Source: Octopus bimaculoides
Taxonomy: Eukaryota
Direction of reading: 5' to 3'
Length of the DNA stretch: 36,099 bases
Assembly: GCF_001194135.2 (NCBI RefSeq)
Contig: NC_068985.1
Location: 41,057,162 to 41,093,260, forward strand
A program made the position numbers and the translations under genes. The notes below the pieces were generated by a model that saw only the letters and a list, made by a program, of their open reading frames with translations, searched no databases and was not told the origin of the DNA. Shown here piece by piece: positions 1 to 10,820 of this stretch; position 1 is the stretch's first letter; each line of letters starts with the position of its first letter.

Positions 1-253
1 GTAGTTTACAGAATCATTTGGGGGACATAACTTTCGCAAGCCAGGAAGAGGTCGAAACTGACATTTCAGAGTTCGTTGCTTTGAAACCAAAAGAGTTTTA
101 CATTGATGGGATTAAAAAGCTTGTAAATAGATGGAAGGAAGTCATAGATAATCAGGGAAAGTACATTGATGATTAAATTTCAATTAAATATAACATTTGA
201 TCACTTGTTTTCTTTATTCAAAATTTGGACAGAACTTATGGGATGACTTGATA
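1..253 (+). mobile_element. Mariner (Tc1/mariner) transposon 3' end: transposase C-terminus plus right terminal inverted repeat
   Basis: Frame from 3 to 176 reads SLQNHLGDITFASQEEVETDISEFVALKPKEFYIDGIKKLVNRWKEVIDNQGKYIDD*, the typical mariner C-terminal 'FY..GI..L..RW..V....G.Y' signature. It is followed by the TIR-like end GGACAGAACTTATGGGATGACTTGA and TA at 252-253. The element is cut by the window start. Confidence 0.9.
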
Positions 254-368
254 GGTATGTATGTATGTATGTATGTATGTATGTATGTATGTATGCATGT
301 ATGCATGTATGCATGTATGTATGCATGTATGCATGTATGCATGTATGTATGTATGTATGTATGTATAT
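254..368. repeat. (GTAT/GCAT)n tetranucleotide microsatellite
   Basis: Directly visible. It sits where the internal microsatellite of the adjacent minus-strand SINE-A copy is expected. Confidence 0.95.
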
Positions 369-379
369 AGACACATATG

Positions 380-490
380 CCATAGGCTTCTTTCAGCTTC
401 ATTCTACTAAATCCACTTGCTAAGCTTTGGTCATCCTGGGGTTATAGTAGAAGACACTTGCTCTAGGTGCCACACAGAAGGACTGAGGCA
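380..490 (-). mobile_element. SINE family A, diverged 5' half
   Basis: GGCTTCTTTCAG..CTACTAAATCCAC..TATAGTAGAAGACACTTGCTCTAGGTGCCACACAG aligns by eye with the same segment of the full-length copy at 32076-32519. Most CpGs have decayed. Confidence 0.8.
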
Positions 491-829
491 ATTTTCTAAA
501 CTGCATAACCAGCCTGCACTTACTGCCTAAGCATATATATGCGTGTATATGCATAGGCATTGATATACCTAGATTAACATATACACACATGCACATATTT
601 ATAAAACCATTACATGTCAATTTTTCATCCACATCTGTTTCATAAAACCACCTAAAACATCAAAATGAAGAATAAACAACAAAGTAGCAGCAACAACAGC
701 AACAACAACATCTAAATCAACAACAATCAAACATTTTACAACTTACCCAGTCATCCTGATTTTGGGCCAAAGAATCTCATAAAAGCAAAATACAACACAG
801 AGGTTCTGGAATGTTTCCTTCTGCTCTTA

Positions 830-1350
830 CCACTGGTCTCTCTTTCTTTCTTACTCTCTCTCTCTCTTTTAGTCCCTTTCAGTATATTTGATCTTGTTTT
901 ACTTTTTATAATCTCTTTCGTTCCTTCTTTTATTCTCTCCTCATCATCCCTATGCTTTCTTCGTCACTTCTGTGTCTTTTGGCCTTTCCTGGCCTTTCTT
1001 GATTTCTTTGGTCTCATTTGGTTTCTCCTCACATTTCCTGTTCTCTTTGCTCACTCTTGGTCATTGCTGTTTTTTTCTCCTGGTTTCTCCTGGCTCTTCT
1101 CGATTGCTTTGGTCTCCCAAGGTCTTCTTGGTCTCTCCTGGTTTTACTGTTGTTATTAGTTCTTCTAATCACTTGTTTCAGTCTCTCCTAGTTTCATCTG
1201 TTATTTTTTGCCCCCTTCTGCCATTCTTGCCAAATGTCTTTCCATTTCTCTTAATCTCTCTTTGTTTTTGCTTATCTTATTCACGTCTGGTCTACTTTTC
1301 TCTATTCCTTCATCTTTCTCTCTATCCCCCTTACCTGTCTCTGTATCTGA
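830..1350. repeat. Pyrimidine-rich low-complexity tract with degenerate TCTCCTGG(T) repeats
   Basis: TCTCCTGG / TTTGGTCTC motifs recur in a C/T-rich background. The ORFs here are compositionally biased (S/L/F). Confidence 0.7.
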
Positions 1351-1370
1351 GTATATATATATATATATAT

Positions 1371-1425
1371 TAAATTTCATTCAATTTTGGAAAAAGTAAA
1401 ATCGGACGGAATTTATGGGATGACC

Positions 1426-1430
<5 letters not shown>
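1371..1430 (+). mobile_element. Solo mariner right end (TIR) related to the element at 1-253
   Basis: ATCGGACGGAATTTATGGGATGACCTGAT (1401-1429) matches TTTGGACAGAACTTATGGGATGACTTGAT (224-252) in the same orientation. It is embedded in (TA)n. Confidence 0.8.
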
Positions 1431-1466
<36 letters not shown>

Positions 1467-1499
1467 TGTATGTATAAGTGTATGTATGTATTCTGTATG

Positions 1500-1530
<31 letters not shown>

Positions 1531-1575
1531 GTTTATATGTATGTATATGTATGTATATATATATATATATATGTA
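1431..1575. repeat. (TA)n/(TATG)n compound microsatellite
   Basis: Directly visible. Confidence 0.95.
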
Positions 1576-1841
1576 TTTGTCTCACTTGTTCTTTCTTAAT
1601 CTTTTAATCTCTTCTGCTTTCTATTCTGAAATATCTCTTGCAAAGCCCTAAAATCTGTATTTCTGTCTCCTGCCTCTCTCTCTCTCTCTCTTTCTCCTAG
1701 TTACTAAGTTTCCCTTTCCCTTAGTCTGCTTAGGTCTCTCTTACAGTATCATCGGTCTCTCCTCTTGATGGTTACCTTTTTGTTTATCCCAGTTGGTTGC
1801 TATTGTCATCTGCAGTGGACCAAACTGGAGTGGATGCAGTA

Positions 1842-1845
<4 letters not shown>

Positions 1846-1872
<27 letters not shown>

Positions 1873-1955
1873 AAGGGAAAGAGAGAGAGAGAGAGAAAGG
1901 GAGAGAGAGAGAGAAAGGGAGAGAGAGAGAGAAAGGGAGAGAGAGAGAGAGAGAC
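1846..1955. repeat. (GA)n microsatellite interrupted by AAGG
   Basis: Directly visible. The AAAGG interruption recurs about every 16-20 bp. Confidence 0.95.
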
Positions 1956-2175
1956 GTGACAGTAAGAGGAGGAACAGAGTTGTAGAAGAGAGATGGGGAA
2001 AGAGAGTGAGAGTGGGAGGGAACAAACTGAGAAGGGAAGGGACGTTATAGATATTTAAGTTTTCTCTCTCTCCCACTCCCGATATGAATGAAACCTGGAC
2101 ATGCAAGTTTGATGTTTGTTCTCTGCTGATGGCTAAACACACACACACACAGACACACACGCACGCGCAAGCATA

Positions 2176-2424
2176 TACAGCTATCGCTCGCCATATCGCG
2201 GTTCACCTGTTGCGATTCACCTATCGCAGTTTATTATTCAAGCTTATGTCGATTCCTCTATTCCTCTGTCGTGTTGTTTAACATTTATCATAAAATGAAT
2301 ATATACAAATTATAAAAATGGTTATAAAAAATATACAGTACAATACTGTTTCTACTTCATGGATTTTCATCTATCGTGGGGAGTCTTGGAATGTTACACC
2401 TGCGATAGTCGAGGGATTACTGTA
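2176..2424. mobile_element. Tigger/pogo-like MITE (about 245 bp) flanked by TA
   Basis: Left end TA|CAGCTATCGCTCGCCATATCGC; the right end reverse-complements to TA|CAGTAATCCCTCGACTATCGC. Imperfect TIRs of about 22 bp starting CAG, TA on both sides, AT-rich non-coding interior. Confidence 0.8.
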
Positions 2425-2516
2425 TACATACATGCACATCTACATATATATACACTCCTTGGTACACTGCCACACACACACATACACACATACATAGGCA
2501 CATACATACATAGCTA

Positions 2517-2555
<39 letters not shown>

Positions 2556-2722
2556 ATATAGATATGCAGGGCAGGGAATCGTCAATTAGTAATAAAATTA
2601 ATAATCAACAATTTTGCCGGGTATCTATATANNNNNNNNNNNNNNNNNNNNNNNNNNNNNNNNNNNNNNNNNNNNNNNNNNNNNNNNNNNNNNNNNNNNN
2701 NNNNNNNNNNNNNNNNNNNNNN

Positions 2723-2760
<38 letters not shown>

Positions 2761-2794
2761 GCATATAATATATATATATATATATATATAACTC

Positions 2795-2975
2795 TTCAAA
2801 ACGCCTGTGTTAGAATGGGGGCAGCTGATGAAGGAAATTGTTCTCTATGTGGCCTGTGTGTTTTCTGTACTCTAATTATTATTATTTTTTTGTCTACGTC
2901 TTGTTTGCAATGTTCTGTACCCAGATATGCACCTATATATACAGGTAGATGTAGGTATGCACATACTTGTACGTA
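2795..2975. repeat. Fragment of an unclassified dispersed repeat (GCTGATGAAGGAAATTGTTCTCTATGTGGCCTGTGTGTTTTCTGTACTC...)
   Basis: I recognise it from memory as a common octopus repeat. There is no second copy in the window to confirm it. Confidence 0.3.
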
Positions 2976-2999
2976 TATATGCATATACTCATTTGTTAT

Positions 3000-3036
3000 T
3001 TGTTTTATATGTATATATATATATGTATATATACAC

Positions 3037-3069
<33 letters not shown>

Positions 3070-3545
3070 TTCACACACACACACATATATATATATATAT
3101 GTATAGACACAAACTCATACACTTAAATAATACACATACATATACACAGAAGCACATACAGAAGCATACATATATAGCAATACACGAAGAAGCATAGCTG
3201 AGCAAACTTACATGTAAACTCATAAGCGTAGCAATATATACTGAAACACTCTTCACACAAATACATACACACATGTGAATGCACGCACACACACACACAT
3301 ACATACACACACATACATACACACACAAAAGCAGAACTGTATACGTACAGATATATGCAAACATTTTTGAATATTTCAACAAACTGATGCACATGTTATA
3401 TACACACTTATACACACATGCACACTCACTCACTCAAACACACACACACACACACGCAAACACACACACACAATCACACTGACTCATGACCATGCACTCA
3501 CATGCATGCACACGTGTACACACATACACACACACACAGAGCCTA
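3000..3545. repeat. Compound (TA)n/(CA)n/(CATA)n microsatellite field
   Basis: Directly visible. Confidence 0.9.
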
Positions 3546-3599
3546 ATGTACATACACATTATTTTTGCTATTACTTATCGACATACAGTCACATAACTT

Positions 3600-3608
3600 T
3601 GGCTGTTG

Positions 3609-3648
<40 letters not shown>

Positions 3649-4430
3649 CATTATTGATATATTTCTTTTCAAGATGGAACATGAGCAGCTGGAGTTGGGC
3701 GTGGCAGGGGAGGGGAGTACGGGGGGAAGGGTGGAATGACTAGTGGAGATTGTGGTTACGGTGGGTGGTGGTGGATGGAGGAGGTGCGGTTTGGGTCAGT
3801 AGAATGCACTGGACAGGACTGAACTGAACTGGAGCACAGCAATACGATAACAACAGTGACCAAGAAAACGGCAACATCAACACCAACATCAACAGCAGCA
3901 ACAGTTACAAACAGTAGTAACCACAACCACCACCACCACCACCACCACCNNNNNNNNNNNNNNNNNNNNNNNNNNNNNNNNNNNNNNNNNNNNNNNNNNN
4001 NNNNNNNNNNNNNNNNNNNNNNNNNNNNNNNNNNNNNNNNNNNNNNNNNNNNNNNNNNNNNNNNNNNNNNNNNNNNNNNNNNNNNNNNNNNNNNNNNNNN
4101 NNNNNNNNNNNNNNNNNNNNNNNNNNNNNNNNNNNNNNNNNNNNNNNNNNNNNNNNNNNNNNNNNNNNNNNNNNNNCCACCACAACCACCACCACCACCA
4201 CCACCACCACGACTGCCAATTCCACAACAACAACAATAGCAACAGCAGCAGTAGTAGCAGCAATAGCAGCAATTATAGTTCTTATATAATTACAAGGCTT
4301 GAAATTTAAGGGAAGTGGGCAGCCAATTACATTGATTTGGCTGTTTCTGTTGTTGTTGCTGTTGCTGCTGCTGCTGCTGTTGTTGTTGTTGTTGTTGTTG
4401 CTGTTGCTATTGTTGTTGTTGTTGTGGTTG
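3600..4430. repeat. Trinucleotide field: (ATT)n, (CAC)n across a gap, (CAA/CAG)n, (GTT/GCT)n
   Basis: Directly visible; N-gap at 3950-4176. Confidence 0.9.
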
Positions 4431-4958
4431 TTATTATTGAGTGAGAGAGCAGTGCATGCCGTCAAAGTGACACTGGGGTACTTAAATATATAAAGCCCAA
4501 TATACCCATCATGACTACTCATCTAATAAGGGTACACCAGGCACATGCATCACAACCATATGTGCGCAACATGGTGACCTTATATCATTATAAACAGCAC
4601 ATGACCTTGCAGGTGGGGCCCCATCCTGCTCAAAAAGTCCCTGAATAAGGTTGTTTAAGAATGATGAGCAAAACACCCATGTTTCCACAGGTGAATTATT
4701 CAAACCCCACAAAACTCCTCTCAACATATGACTATGATGCTCCCTCACTACTTCTGTTCATGATCAGAGATGCACATATTGTCAGCCACTAAGGGACACG
4801 CTCAAATGGTTAAGATCAAACAACTGACAAGCAAATCTGTGATACTGAGCAGAATATTTGCTGTAGCCCATCTATAACAACACAAAACATGTACATGATA
4901 ACACATCCAATCAGTTAAGATCAAAAGCCATGAGAGCCACTGCCTGGTACTGCATCAG
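4431..4958 (-). mobile_element. Dispersed repeat G, copy 1 (probable 3' end of a non-LTR element with a (TAA)n tail)
   Basis: Colinear with 33077-33795 over about 430 bp (TTGAGTGAGAGAGCAGTGCATGCC...TTTGCTGTAGCCCATC). Both copies share the same left boundary at (TTA)n. The classification is inference. Confidence 0.8.
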
Positions 4959-4973
4959 ATTATTATTATTACT

Positions 4974-6393
4974 GAGGGGAAGCAGATAAGAAAAAAATTG
5001 CCAATGTTCTGTGCCGTGAGGACCAAAGACTTGAGGTATTTCGTGTTGCAAGACAGTGTGTGAGAGAGAATCGTGATGTCGTGGGAAAGAAATGTGTTTG
5101 CATGGATGATGGTTCATTTGCACTAAACGAGGCTGCAAAGAGAGAGGTTTGGAGATGCCACTATGAAAGGTTGCTCAATAAAGAGAATGAATGGGAGGAA
5201 GAGAGTCTGCTGAATGTTGACCCAACAGAGGGACCAGCTATCTGAATTGACAGTACCTTGTTAGATAAAGCAATTAAGAGTATGAAGATAGGGAAAGCCC
5301 CCGGCCCATCAGGAATCACCACANNNNNNNNNNNNNNNNNNNNNNNNNNNNNNNNNNNNNNNNNNNNNNNNNNNNNNNNNNNNNNNNNNNNNNNNNNNNN
5401 NNNNNNNNNNNNNNNNNNNNNNNNNNNNNNNNNNNNNNNNNNNNNNNNNNNNNNNNNNNNNNNNNNNNNNNNNNNNNNNNNNNNNNNNNNNNNNNNNNNN
5501 NNNNNNNNNNCCCATATAGTTAACCAGGTGATACACGAAGGAATCATACCCAATGACTGGTGTAGCAGCACCATAGTCAACTGCTACAAAGGTAAAGGTG
5601 ACACTTTAGATACAAATAATTATAGAGGTATCAAGTTGTTGGATCAGGTAATTAAGGTCACAGAGAAGGTCATAGCCCAACTAATTAGGGAGAGAGTCAG
5701 TTTAGATGAGACGTAGTTTGGGTTCATGCCAGGGAAAAGCACCACTGATACTATATTTCTGGTAAGACAGTTGCAGGAGAAATACCTAGCCAAAGATAAA
5801 CCTCTGTAACTGGCTTTCGTTGACATGGAGAAAGCCTTTGGCAGGGTCCTCTGATCCCTTATCTAGTGGTCAATGAGGAAACTAGGGATAGATGAATGGT
5901 TAGTGAGAGCTGTGCAAGCCATGTACAGAGACGCTGTCAGTAAGGTGAGGGTTGGCAACGAATACAGTGAAGAATTACGGGTAGAGGTAGGGGTCCACCA
6001 AGGTTCANNNNNNNNNNAACTTCTGCCACATTCCAGGGAGAAAAACTAGAAGTAGTTGATAGCTTCCGTTACCTAGGTGACCAAGTCAGTAGCAGGGTGG
6101 GTGCACTGAAAATGTAGCTGCTAGAATAAGAATAGCCTGGGCAAAGTTCAGAGAGCTCTTACTTCTGCTGGTGATAAAGGGCCTCTCGCTCAGAGTAAAA
6201 GGTAAACTGTATGACGCATGTGTACGAACAGCTATGCTACATGGCAGTGAAACAGGGGCCATGACTGCTGAGGTCATGCGTAAGCTTGCAAGGTTCCCTC
6301 AAAGGATGAGGTGGTGAAGCACGACCTTTGAACATTAGGCCTCACCGAGGCAATGACTAGTGACCGAGACCTTTGGAAATATGCTGTGCTTGA
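4974..6393 (+). pseudogene. Reverse transcriptase (ORF2) pseudogene of the RTE element
   Basis: In-frame stops at 5243-5245, 5714-5716 and several more to about 5880. There are frameshifts, two N-gaps (5324-5510 and about 6008-6017) and an internal deletion near 6295 joining MRKLAR to DEVVKHDL*TLGLTEAMTSDRDLWKYAVLE. Confidence 0.88.
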
Positions 6394-6604
6394 GACCATA
6401 ACCAAGTGAGACCATAACCCGTGACCTATGCCAGGGATGTAACCAGCCCACTTATGTATACTTTCCTTCATTGGACACTAAACTCTGCTTGTGAAGACCT
6501 GTTGAGACAAGTGAAATCGAAATTGAAATCAAATTCGATGACTGGCATCTGTGCTAGCGGAGTGCTAAGAGCACCATCCAAGTGTGATTGTTACTAGAGC
6601 AGCT

Positions 6605-6835
6605 GACTGGCTTCCATGCCGGTGGCACATAAAAAGCACCATTTGAGCATGATCGTTACCAGTGTTGCCGTACTGGTACTTGTGCCGGTGGCACATGAAA
6701 AAATACTCGAGCGAGATCTTTGCCAGTGCCGCTGGACTGGCTCCTGTGCAGGTGGCACGTAAAAAACACCATTTGAGCATAGCTGTTGCCAGTACCGCCT
6801 GACTGGCCCTCGTGCCGGTGGCATGTAAAAGCACC
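6605..6835 (+). repeat. Four diverged tandem units of about 65 bp in the RTE 3' UTR
   Basis: The anchor TGCCGGTGGCAC occurs at 6617, 6683, 6747 and 6813 (spacings 66, 64, 66). Confidence 0.85.
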
Positions 6836-7006
6836 CACTACACTCTCGGAGTGGTTGGCATTAGGAAGGGCATCCAGCTGTAGAAACTCTGCCAGATCTG
6901 ATTGGAGCCCGGTGCAGCCATCTGGTTTGCCAGTCCTCAGTCAAATCGTCCAACCCATGCCAGCATGGAAAGCGAACGTTAAATGATGATGATGATGATG
7001 TTGTTG

Positions 7007-7044
<38 letters not shown>

Positions 7045-7528
7045 NNNNNNNNNNNNNNNNNNNNNNNNNNNNNNNNNNNNNNNNNNNNNNNNNNNNNNNN
7101 NNNNNNNNNNNNNNNNNNNNNNNNNNNNNNNNNNNNNNNNNNNNNNNNNNNNNNNNNNNNNNNNNNNNNNNNNNNNNNNNNNNNNNNNNNNNNNNNNNNN
7201 NNNNNNNNNNNNNNNNNNNNNNNNNNNNNNNNNNNNNNNNNNNNNNNNNNNNNNNNNNNNNNNNNNNNNNNNNNNNNNNNNNNNNNNNNNNNNNNNNNNN
7301 NNNNNNNNNNNNNNNNNNNNNNNNNNNNNNNNNNNNNNNNNNNNNNNNNNNNNNNNNNNNNNNNNNNNNNNNNNNNNNNNNNNNNNNNNNNNNNNNNNNN
7401 NNNNNNNNNNNNNTTATCTTCCTTTAGATTCTGAGTTCAAATCTACTTTTCATTGTCCCAGAATCTATGGTATTTGTATTACCTGTCAGTTACTACAGCA
7501 GTTTAACCTACAGTTCCTACTCCCTCAT

Positions 7529-7563
<35 letters not shown>

Positions 7564-8464
7564 TGGCCTTGTGACAGAATTAGAAACCGTTTATAGCAGC
7601 TTTAGTTTTGTGCTCTTGTTCCATAAAACATAAGCAGAGTGTTATTGAGTGATGATTTTATGATAGGTCATTAATCAAAATGATGAGACTATAAAACCAC
7701 TTACTGTAGAAAGTTCTGCTTGTATGCGACCAAATATTAGAAACTTTTGCAAATAAAGTATGGAAAAGGTAAAATGCAGAGCTATTTTTATGAAATTAAG
7801 ATTGTTCTTTTTCGTTTGTTTATCTAAAAATTCTTTTTTTTCACAATCCAGTCAGAGTATGTCAGTAGCATAGCTAAAAGGTTGGGTGATGGGAGCAGTC
7901 CACTCTGGGTGGAATTTTTATGGGAGCAACATTTTAAAGGATGGGGGCACTTTTGAGTCTGCTGTATAAGACTATATAGGGGACAATGGATGGCATACTC
8001 AAGAGTTGCTCTGGGTAGTATATAATCAATACCACTAGAATAGGTAGAGTGGTACCTATGACCCTTTAACCATTTTGAGACACATGGTGTTTTGGTATGC
8101 ATAGCCAAAAAGACCATTTTTTTCTATTGAGATACATCTACTGAAAGACAATCTTTGATAAGCTATTACACTTCAAAACCAACCATTCACAACATCTGTT
8201 CCATCAGGCCAATGGATAAGCCTCAAAGTCCTTTCAGTTTGTACCACTTGGGCCGATCAATCAGCCTGGTTGTCCTAAGAGGGTTACAGGGTCTTCAAGA
8301 CAGTTGGAAAAGAAAGATGGAAGTTGTCTTCAGGCCAGAGACCTTGGGTGAATGCTTGCAAGTAAGTGGACTCCAAGAAATAAAACCAAACCAGGGGGAA
8401 AGGGTGTGTGTGCTAAATCAGACAATGATTCGAGTCTATCATCCAAGAACAGGAACAGTCTATC

Positions 8465-8575
8465 TGACTGACTTCCAAACAATTTTCTCTCAAAAGGTAT
8501 TAGTTGCCTTGGGGATGTATAAACCACCTTCTCCCAAGTGCCACATGGTGGAATCAAACCTGAAAAACCATGCAG
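8465..8575 (-). mobile_element. Highly decayed SINE-A 5' half
   Basis: CCCAAGTGCCACATGGTGGAATCAAACCTGAAAAACCATG resembles CCCAAGGTGCCACGCAGTGGGACTGAACCCGGAACCATG of younger A copies. Confidence 0.5.
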
Positions 8576-9758
8576 CTATACTTGACAGGTATTTTATTTT
8601 ATAGACACGAAGGGAAAAAGTGTAAATTGAATATGGAACATAAAAACATATAACTGAATATAACAAATCATTCTGTTTGGTGCTTTTCTGATTCTGTCAC
8701 TTTTCACATTAATATTCATAGTAGTTGTCATTATTGTCATAGTGGTGGTGGTGGTGGTGGTGGTGGTGGCGGCGGTGGTCGGCAACAGTGGCAGCATTGG
8801 CAGCAGTAGCAGTAGCAGTAGTAAATATATATCTTTTTATTTACCATCAACTGTCTGTTCTTACACACAATAATAAAAAACAGAAAAATGCTGACAACAA
8901 AGACGAGGTGTTACAAATCTGTGAAGATGGACAATGCACAGCTATATTTAAACAAGGGAAGGAATAAAGGCACTATAAATAGATATAAGGACATGTTAAG
9001 TAACGACTATAAAGTACTTAATTATACAGAAACAATAATTAATAAAAGATATAATTTTAAAAAGTCATGAATAAAAGGTTGGGTAACCCACCTCCATATA
9101 GGTGAAAACTGATTAGCTTGGATGAGCCAGAGCATTTCCTGGTAAACTTCAAGGTACTTGTAAGCATTGTTGATGTCAGGTTAGGTAAGAAATCTTTCAT
9201 ATTTTCAATAAAGTTGTGCATTATTTGTTCTCAACCTACAAGAGCAGGTTATGTGACTTACACTAGCAGTCTATCATTTGGGTGTTTTGCAAAACTAGAG
9301 GCTACATTCTTCTCAATCTACACATTCCAACTCCCTTCCTCTTCTTTTAGGTCCTTTATAGTTTTATCAGTTCTTTGTTTCATCCTTACTTCAATGAGAT
9401 GTGGGGACTCCAGCTCACTTTTTGTTTGCTGTCTCTATGTATTCCTGCTGCTCCTACTGAAACTTGGTGGACACAAAGACAAGGTACTCTTCACAATTGA
9501 CTCAACCGCTAGCCAGGTCCATCCTACACCTGACAACAAAAGTTTGACAAAATCCCATGTCAGCACTATTCAGACATTAAATGAATGAGTGCAGAAGGTT
9601 TTCATTGATTTGTGCACAACGCAGAGATATTTAGCTGATGTCCTTTCTGTGTGGCTTCTTATATGTATACAAAACCACACAGTTCGGGAAGAAGGAGCCA
9701 TCAATTATATTGACTCAGATACCCGAGTGGTACATATTTACATTTGAACAAAACAATG

Positions 9759-9920
9759 AGGCACAGGTGTGATTGTGTGGTTAAGAAGCTTGTTTCCCAG
9801 CCATGTGGTCTTGGGTTCAGTCCCACTGTGCAGCACCTTGAGTAAGTGTTTTCTACATTAGCTCCAGGCTGGCCAAAGGCTTGTGAGTGGATACGGTCGA
9901 GAGAAATTGAAAGAAGTCTG
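9759..9920 (+). mobile_element. SINE family A, diverged 5' half
   Basis: GTGTGGTTAAGAAGCTTG..GGGTTCAGTCCCACTG..CACCTTGAGTAAGTGTTTTCTAC..GAAAGAAGTCTG shows a tRNA-like A/B-box head and ends at the internal microsatellite position. Confidence 0.8.
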
Positions 9921-10160
9921 TTGTTTGTTTGTCTGCTTGCCTGCCTGTCTGTTTGCCTGCCTGTCTGCTTGCCTGCCTCTCTGCTTGCCTGCCTGTCTGC
10001 TTGCCTGCCTGTCTGCTTGCCTGCCTGTCTGCCTGTCTGTCTGTATATATGTATGTATGCATGCATGTATGCATGTATGCATGCATGTATGTATGTATGT
10101 ATGTATGTATGCATGTATGTATGCATGTATGTATGCATGCATACATGCATGTATGCATAT
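9921..10160. repeat. (GCCT/GTCT/GCTT)n followed by (GTAT/GCAT)n
   Basis: Directly visible; source of the ACLSVCL and CMYV ORFs in the track. Confidence 0.95.
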
Positions 10161-10213
10161 ACATGTTTTTGTATGTGTGTTTGTGTGTATTCTAGTCTAA
10201 ACATCACAGAGCA

Positions 10214-10216
10214 TCA

Positions 10217-10258
<42 letters not shown>

Positions 10259-10362
10259 ACAAGCAAAGTTGTTTCCAGTCTTCCATGAAAAACATGTCTG
10301 GTCATGGGAAAATATTACCTTGCATGGAAACAGTTGAGGGTTGATGACAGGGAGGGCATCTA
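10214..10362 (+). mobile_element. (ATC)n plus a short fragment resembling an RTE-type 3' tail
   Basis: GGGTTGATGACAGGGAGGGCATC resembles GTGGTTGGCATTAGGAAGGGCATC at about 6852-6875. Confidence 0.35.
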
Positions 10363-10629
10363 TATATTAATTTAGGATGTCTACATTTATTTATGTTCTA
10401 TAAGTTTACTTAAGGGCTCTAAAATTTGTATTGGACATATATGTTTACTAATGAACTTAAAGAAGTTTACTTCTTGACATAAAATAAAGAAAAAAGAGAA
10501 AAGAACTGAATTGTATGAAAACACTGGTAATTGGTGTTGGGTGAAGATCTTTTATTGGTAAAGTACATAATATATTTAAAAATTTGTATGCCATTAGAAC
10601 TATTTCTTAATGCTTTGAACTTAGTATTT

Positions 10630-10820
10630 TGTTGACAAGAGAGATAGGAAAAAAGAGAAGGGGAGAGAGGAGAGAGAAGAAAACAGTGAGAGGGAAGGTG
10701 GAAAAGGCAAAGAGAGAGAGGGGAAGAAAGGGAGGTAAGGAGGAAGGGTGAGAGAGAGGGAGGGAGATAGAGGGAGGGAGATAGAGGGAAGGATGGGAGA
10801 AAGGTAGAAGAAGAAGAAGA
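10630..10820. repeat. Polypurine (GA/GGGA/AGA)n tract
   Basis: Directly visible. Confidence 0.85.

Larger units (their letters stand above)
4974..7000 (+). mobile_element. RTE-clade LINE, 5'-truncated and decayed, with 3' UTR and (GAT)n tail
   Basis: ORF2 motifs KAPGPSGI, W..STIV..YKGKGD..D.NNYRGIKLL, FGFMPGKSTTD.IF..RQLQEKY, LAFVDMEKAF, GVHQGS, FRYLGD, AM.HGSET. The 3' end reads GGAAGGGCATCCAGC...CCCATGCCAGCATGGAA..GTTAAA(TGA)n. Confidence 0.93.

Noticed and set aside
2824-2845. CTGATGA..GAAA, resembling a hammerhead ribozyme core as found in Penelope-like elements
   Set aside because: Only 2 nt separate the boxes, so stem II cannot form, and I found no flanking stems I and III.
3856-4272. 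Poly-His/Pro/Gln ORF resembling a transcription-factor low-complexity region
   Set aside because: No ATG or good acceptor, no domain, a gap in the middle, and embedded in a microsatellite field.
6605-6835. Regularly spaced repeats suggesting a CRISPR array (also 28279-28329)
   Set aside because: The inter-anchor sequences are homologous to each other rather than unique spacers, there are no cas genes, and the context is a eukaryotic transposon.
8155-8604. 149-aa plus-strand ORF, and a minus-strand acceptor giving FDSTMWHLGEGGLYIPKATNTF*
   Set aside because: No recognisable motif, and 8465-8575 is better explained as a decayed SINE-A.
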